Source: Azolla caroliniana
Lineage: Eukaryota > Plantae > Polypodiophyta
Reading direction: 5' to 3'
DNA length: 64,000 nt
NCBI GenBank assembly: GCA_043228905.1
Contig: JBHGNT010000014.1
Location: forward strand, 16,678,001 to 16,742,000
Below the pieces are notes generated by a model. That model saw nothing but the letters and a program-made list of their open reading frames with translations. It searched no databases and was not told where the DNA came from. Made by a program: the position numbers and the translations under genes. Position 1 is the stretch's first letter. Each line of letters starts with the position of its first letter. This document shows positions 57,648 through 64,000 of the stretch, piece by piece.

Positions 57648-60600
57648 TGTTGGGATTACGGTCCCTTTCGGATGGGATGGTCGGATGTTGGAGATGAATG
57701 CCGACAAGCCCGGTTGCGGTTTCGGAACCGGATGATGAAGACCCCGGCTTCGGAGCCGGATGACGAATGTACCCGGAGAGAGATCCGGATGCGGGGACAT
57801 ATCTGTGAATATGTTTGCCAAGGGCCCTTGAGGCTATAGTTGTAAATAGCCCCAAAGTCATATGTGTATAAATATGACTTAGGGCAAACAGTTTTAATGT
57901 TGCTGATCATTTTTCTGTTTTTCCACTCAAGAGGAGTGAAGAGAGAGCAGCCGCGAGAGAGATAGAGCGTGAGAGAAGAAGAGGTCGACGCCTCTGTGTA
58001 TTTCCGCCGCCTGTGGCGAGGACAGCGAGCTCAAGGTCGTCGCCTTGCAGCTCGCCATTGTATACTTCTCTGTGCATAGTTTTGGTTCGGAGTCGTGTAC
58101 TCCCGTGGTTTTTCCCGTACAGGGTTTTCCACGTTAAATCGTGTGTCCATTCTATTTTTCGCATTTCCCATTTTCTGCAACAACGATTCGTGTGTTTCCT
58201 TGGTTGTGGCCGAGAGGTGAAGTTTGGAAAGTGTCGATTAATTTTCCATCAATTTGGTATCAGAGCGGGCTGCTGCAGAAAATGGAAGGCGGCGGCAGCG
58301 GGCAGCCGGGGATGATGGTGCTGAATGCGCAGAATTACGCCGACTGGAAGATCAAGATGGAGGATCTTCTGATTGTTCGGAACCTGTACGAACCGATTGA
58401 CAGGTCGGAAATACCGAAGGGGGTACTTGAGTCGGAATGGAGGCTTCTGAACCGGAAAGCTGTTGCAACCATTCGGCAATACGTCGACGTGAGCGTTCTA
58501 CAACATGTGGCGAACGACACCAACGCATATGAGATGTGGCGGAAGCTGTCGGGCCTCTACGAGAGGAAGAATGCGTTGAACCGGACCTCCCTGATGAGGA
58601 AGATAGTGAACCTCAAGTACCGGGACGGCGAGAGTATGGTGGAACACGTAAGCACGTTCATGGGATTCGTGAACCAGCTTGCGGCGATCAAGTTCCCGTT
58701 GGAGGATGCAATGCAAGCCATCATCCTGATGTGTACATTACCGGAAAGCTGGGAGAACTTGGTGGTGACTCTCAGCACCTCCTGCACGGAAGATAACTTG
58801 TCCCTACAAACGGTAAAGACAAGTATTTTGAACGAAGAAGCGCGTCGGAGAGATAAAGAACCGGCCTCCGACTCGAAGGCGCTGCTTACCGAATCGGAAC
58901 GGGGAAGACAATGGAACCGGAGTCCGCAAAGACGGGAGAAGTCGGGGACCCGGTCGCAGTCAAGAGGAAGACCCACATGCTTCCACTGTGGGAAGCCGGG
59001 GCACTTCCGGAAGAATTGTCGGCATTACCGAAAGGACAACGGAGCCGACGACACCGATTCGAAGAAGTCACCGGAGAGAAACGGTGCATACCGGGGAGCC
59101 ACGGACCGGAGAGGTCCGGATCGGCGAGGGCAGGACCGGAAAGGAACGACGGCACTCGCGGCAAGTGAGGAAGAAATCATGCTCATCACCGAAGAAGGTG
59201 AACTAAACATTGCCGGCGATGAGACGACCTGGGTGGTCGATTCCGGAGCATCGTTCCACCTGACCCCGGAGAGAAGATACTTCTCATCCTACACAGCCGG
59301 TGAACATGGCTGTGTTCGGATGGGAAATGAAGGTACGTGCCGGATTGCCGGCATAGGAGACGTGTGGTTGACAACCCCGACCGGATGCAAAATGCTGCTG
59401 AAGGATGTCCGACACGTTCCGGAGGTTCGATTGAACCTGATTTCGGCCGGGAGGCTAGACGATGAAGGCTACACAGGTAGCATCCGGAACGGCGTAATGA
59501 AGTTCAGCAAGGGGAGCCTGATAGTGGCTCGGGCCCGGAAAGACAACACATTGTACCTGATGAATGCCCGGTTATGTCCGGAAGAGCTGAATGTGGCAAC
59601 CGACACTGCCGGTGAGCTGTGGCACAAAAGACTGTGCCACATGAGTGAGAAGGGGATGAAGAGGCTTGCAGAAGACAACCTTATTCCAGTGAAGCACGTG
59701 CACCTGGAGAAGTGCACCGATTGCCTGGCCGGTAAGCAGAACCGAGCCTCCTTCCACTCAAGGCCACCGACGAGACGTAGTGTACCATTGGAGTTGGTAC
59801 ACACTGATGTGTGTCAGGTAGAAACGAAGTCACATGGCGGAGCCCAGTACTTCGTAACATTCATTGATGATCACAGCCGGAAGCTGTGGACGGCACCGTT
59901 GAAGACAAAGGACCAAGTGTTGTGCGTCTTCAAAGAACTCCACGCGAGAGTGGAAAGGGAATCCGGCAAGAAGCTGAAAGCGATACGAGCGGATAACGGA
60001 GGGGAATACCGGGGGCAGTTCGCGGAGTACTGTCGCTCGAAGGGAATCCGGCTCGAGTTTACTGTGCCGAAGACGCCGGAACTGAACGGGCTGGCCGAGA
60101 GGATGAACCGGACCATAATGGAGAGGGTCCGGAGTATGCTGGCGCATGCGGAATTACCCAAGGGGTTTTGGGCTGAGGCGATGTCGACGGCGACATACGT
60201 GATAAACAGATCACCCTCAGTACCTTTGGACGGAGACACGCCGCAGAGAGTGTGGACCGGTAGGGAAGTATCCTACCGGCATCTGAAGGTGTTCGGGTGT
60301 CTCGCATACGTGCATGTGGCAAAGGACCGGAGAGGAAAGCTAGATCCAAAGACCCGGCCATGCATATTCCTCGGTTACGGCGATGACGAGTTCGGCTACC
60401 GAGTATGGGACTCGGTCGACAAGAAGATATTCCGGAGTCGTGATATCATCTTCATGGAGAACAAGACACTCGCCGACTGGGAGTCGGAGAAGAAGATGAA
60501 GAGCTCAAAGTCGACTGGTGAGGTTCAACTCTACGAGGAGCAGTCCCGACCGGCAAGGGACCGGTTAGCACTCGAGGATCCGGCCGAAGACGGTGAAGAA

Positions 60601-62958
60601 ACAGAACCGGCCGAAGAAGATGAAAATGATACCGGAACCGGCCCCGATCCCGAAATGGATTCGGATGAAGAAGAATCGGAAGAACCGGTTACCGAAGCTC
60701 CGGAACGGAGATATCCTCTAAGAGAGAGAAGGGCCCCCCGGAGATTTCCGGAACCAGAGCACGTGCTGCTAACCGACGAGGGGGAGCCGGAGAGCTTTGA
60801 AGAAGCAAAGCATGACACCCAGAGCCGCAGGTGGTTGAGTGCCATGCAGGACGAGATGGATTCCCTGCATGAGAACCACACATATGAACTTGTGGAGTTG
60901 CCGAAAGGAAAGCGGGCACTTCGAAACAAGTGGGTGTACAAGCTGAAACCGGGAGATGCCGGAAACCCCCCGAGATACAAAGCCAGGATCGTGGTGAAGG
61001 GGTTTCAGCAGAAGAAGGGCGTCGACTTCGACGAGATATTTGCCCCGGTAGTGAAGATGACCTCCATCCGGACGGTGCTGAGCATAGCGGCAAGCATGGA
61101 CCTCGAGGTAGAACAGATGGACGTGAAGACGGCATTCCTTCACGGCGACCTCGAAGAAGAGATCTACATGCAGCAACCGGAAGGATTCGAGAAGAAAGGG
61201 AAGGAGCACCTGGTATGCCGGTTGAAGAAGAGCCTTTACGGACTGAAGCAGGCTCCCCGGCAATGGTACCGGAAGTTCGACTCCTTCATGACCGACGAAG
61301 GGTACCTCAAAACGCAGTCCGACCACTGCGTGTTTAGGAGGAGGAGACTTTCTAATACTCCTCCTGTACGTGGACGACATGTTGATCGTCGGACGGGACC
61401 AGGTCAAGATACGGATGCTGAAGAAGGCTCTTCACCGAACCTTCTCAATGAAGGACTTGGGTCCGGCGAGACAAATACTAGGGATGCACATCATCCGGGA
61501 CCGGAGCAAGAAGCAGTTGTGGCTATCACAGGAGAAGTATGTGACAAAGGTGCTTAAACGGTTCAACATGTCGGAAGCAAGACCGGTCGGATCGACCCTC
61601 CCGGCAAACTGCAAGCTGTCCAGCAAGCAAAGCCCCAAGACAAAGGCTGAGAAGGAGGACATGATGAAAGTGCCATATGCCTCTGCCGTCGGAAGCTTGA
61701 TGTACGCAATGGTGTGTACAAGACCGGACATTGGATACGCAGTCGGAGTGGTGAGCCGGTACATGAGCAACCCCGGCAAAGAGCATTGGAACGCGGCCAA
61801 GTGGATACTCCGATACCTGAAGGGCACGGCAAACGTGTGCCTCCGATTCGGCTCCGGTAAGCCCGAACTCGACGGCTTCACCGATTCGGATATGTCGGCT
61901 GATGCAGATACCAGCCGGTCCACATCAGGGTATGTGATGACGTATGCAGGGGGAGCGGTTTCATGGCAGTCGAGGCTGCAGAAGACGGTTGTGTTGTCAA
62001 CCACGGAGGCGGAGTACATGGCGGCTGTTGAAGCCGGCAAGGAAATAATATGGATGAAGGACTTCATTAGAGAGCTCGGTATCCGACAGGAGGAGTACCG
62101 ACTCTACTGCGACAGTCAGAGTGCAATCCACCTTGCGAAGAACGCGGCCTATCACTCCCGGACGAAGCACATCCAGCGAAGATATCACTGGATCCGGGAA
62201 AGGATAGAAGACAAGGAGTTCGTGCTGACGAAGGTCCACACGGACGAGAACGGGTCGGATATGCTGACCAAGGTGCTCACACCCGACAAGCTGGAAGCAT
62301 GCCGGAAGAGGATCGGATTGGAGAGACATCCCATGCCGAAGTGAAGGGGGAGTTTGTTGGGATTACGGTCCCTTTCGGATGGGATGGTCGGATGTTGGAG
62401 ATGAATGCCGACAAGCCCGGTTGCGGTTTCGGAACCGGATGATGAAGACCCCGGCTTCGGAGCCGGATGACGAATGTACCCGGAGAGAGATCCGGATGTG
62501 GGGACATATCTGTGAATATGTTTGCCAAGGGCCCTTGAGGCTATAGTTGTAAATAGCCCCAAAGTCATATGTGTATAAATATGACTTAGGGCAAACAGTT
62601 TTAATGTTGCTGATCATTTTTCTGTTTTTCCACTCAAGAGGAGTGAAGAGAGAGCAGCCGCGAGAGAGATAGAGCGTGAGAGAAGAAGAGGTCGACGCCT
62701 CTGTGTATTTCCGCCGCCTGTGGCGAGGACAGCGAGCTCAAGGTCGTCGCCTTGCAGCTCGCCATTGTATACTTCTCTGTGCATAGTTTTGGTTCGGAGT
62801 CGTGTACTCCCGTGGTTTTTCCCGTACAGGGTTTTCCACGTTAAATCGTGTGTCCATTCTATTTTTCGCATTTCCCATTTTCTGCAACAACGATTCGTGT
62901 GTTTCCTTGGTTGTGGCCGAGAGGTGAAGTTTGGAAAGTGTCGATTAATTTTCCATCA
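57648..62958 (+). mobile_element. Very young full-length Ty1/Copia (Tork/Tnt1-like) element inserted in the LTR of a related Copia
   Basis: 604-bp LTRs 57648-58251 and 62355-62958 (1 difference seen); TSD TAAAG; PBS TGGTATCAGAGC 58255-58266; PPT GAAGGGGGAG. Confidence 0.97.
58282..62344 (+). pseudogene. Copia gag-PR-INT-RT-RH polyprotein with a single frameshift near 61335
   Basis: CFHCGKPGHFRKNC, VDSGAS, HTD...ADNGGE...AERMN, then YVDD and RNase H in a second frame (61370-62344). Confidence 0.93.
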
Positions 62959-63152
62959 TAAAGTGATTGCCCTAAGTCATATTTATACTTATATGAACTT
63001 AGGGCTATTTACAAGTATGGCCTCAATAGGCTTACTCAAAACATATTTACAAATATGTCTTCACTTCCAGTTCTCACCAGGTCCATCCGATCCGGTTTCC
63101 GTATCTCTTCATTGATAACCTGATCCCATCCGGAGGGACCGATTTCCCAACT

Positions 63153-64000
63153 GGATCATCACCGGAGAAGGAGTCTGAGCCGCCATCGCCTCCTTCCAAT
63201 CAGGAAAAAGGTTCTTACCGATACTAGCACAGTACATCGTTGTGCTCTATCCTCCCCAAACGTCGATGCCTCGCCAAACATTAGCGCTTCCCGCTTCCCC
63301 CACTCAAGCCAAATGACAACGCCCCTTTAGTTGTCCCACTAGGAATGGCAGGACGACACACCAAACCCAACCTCCACTTCAACACAGGCAGAGAACACCA
63401 CGGAGGATACAAATAACATTACGATCCACGGTCACCATAGGCCCCTCACCCCCGCACCTAAACTGACTTCACCTCACTCTACCCCTAGCCCATGACCGGC
63501 CAAACAAATAGAAAGTCAAAAACCCACTCTGGAGACTTTCCAATCAATAGGACCCCAATTGAAAAGAAGTCGCGAGGAACGGACCACTCCAAAGAGGCCA
63601 GTCGCGAAACGCCGCCAAATCAACCGTCGCAGCGACGAACAAACGATACGTAGGTGATTGTCGTCCCGGACAAATCCATCACGATGGTTCCAAACACCAC
63701 GTTGGCTCTGAACAAACCAATTGAACAGGGCCAACAATCGCGATTTTCAGAAAATGAAGTGCTAACCTTCAAGAATCTTCCGGGGGAAGCATACATGCTT
63801 GATGCCATATTGCAGCACGGCACGACGTACGAACTCATCGACTTCCTAGTTTGTCTCCAAGTCGTTGTCGCAGCTCGCATGGCCCAAGAATACGCCGAGC
63901 AACAACTGATCGAAAGGGCATTAGATAACGAGCTGGCTTCGGACAATGAGCCAAAATTACGGAAGGTAGGACGTAAAAGAGACACAAAGAAATGACGCAC
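63153..64000 (+). pseudogene. Continuation of the decayed ORF2 homolog begun at 15748
   Basis: LQHGTTYELIDFL...ARMAQEYAEQQLIERAL matches LQFGTSFELMEFL...QRMAEEHAERQMIERAL in the 145 ORF. Confidence 0.8.

Larger units (their letters stand above)
16156..63152 (-). mobile_element. Ty1/Copia (Tork-like) host element, about 5.5 kb of own sequence spread over 47 kb by nested insertions
   Basis: LTRs 16156-16705 and 57337-63152 (split by 57648-62958); TSD GGATC at 16151 and 63153; iMet-type PBS near 57322-57333; collinear pol pieces at 16717-17266, 32051-33093, 38613-41067, 56989-57300. Confidence 0.92.

Overview
Gene-free eukaryotic heterochromatin, most likely from a land plant. The primer-binding sites (PBS) match plant tRNAs and the Copia elements are Tnt1/Tork-like; a non-seed plant is plausible but is inference. 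Nearly all 64 kb is nested LTR retrotransposons of three groups. (1) Tork-like Ty1/Copia with a tRNA-iMet PBS and 5-bp target-site duplication (TSD): a minus-strand host spread over 16156-63152 by later insertions, a very young near-intact copy at 57648-62958, and fragments. (2) A Ty3/Gypsy lineage with a tRNA-Arg-like PBS, 5-bp TSD, a large extra 3' ORF and no polypurine tract (PPT) next to the 3' LTR (full copy 42244-52074). (3) An unusual Ty3/Gypsy superfamily primed by tRNA-Trp, with a D-x34-E integrase and 4-bp TSDs mostly centred on CG. Group 3 has pol-encoding helpers (e.g. 17267-32050), solo LTRs and pol-less satellite elements. The satellites share the helper's cis signals but encode only a Gag N-terminal domain fused to a huge repetitive acidic extension (intact 1419-aa ORF at 21217-25476). 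This helper/satellite system, its CpG-centred targeting and its covarying cis-acting hairpins are the most interesting content. All boundaries and counts were read by eye; no database search was possible.
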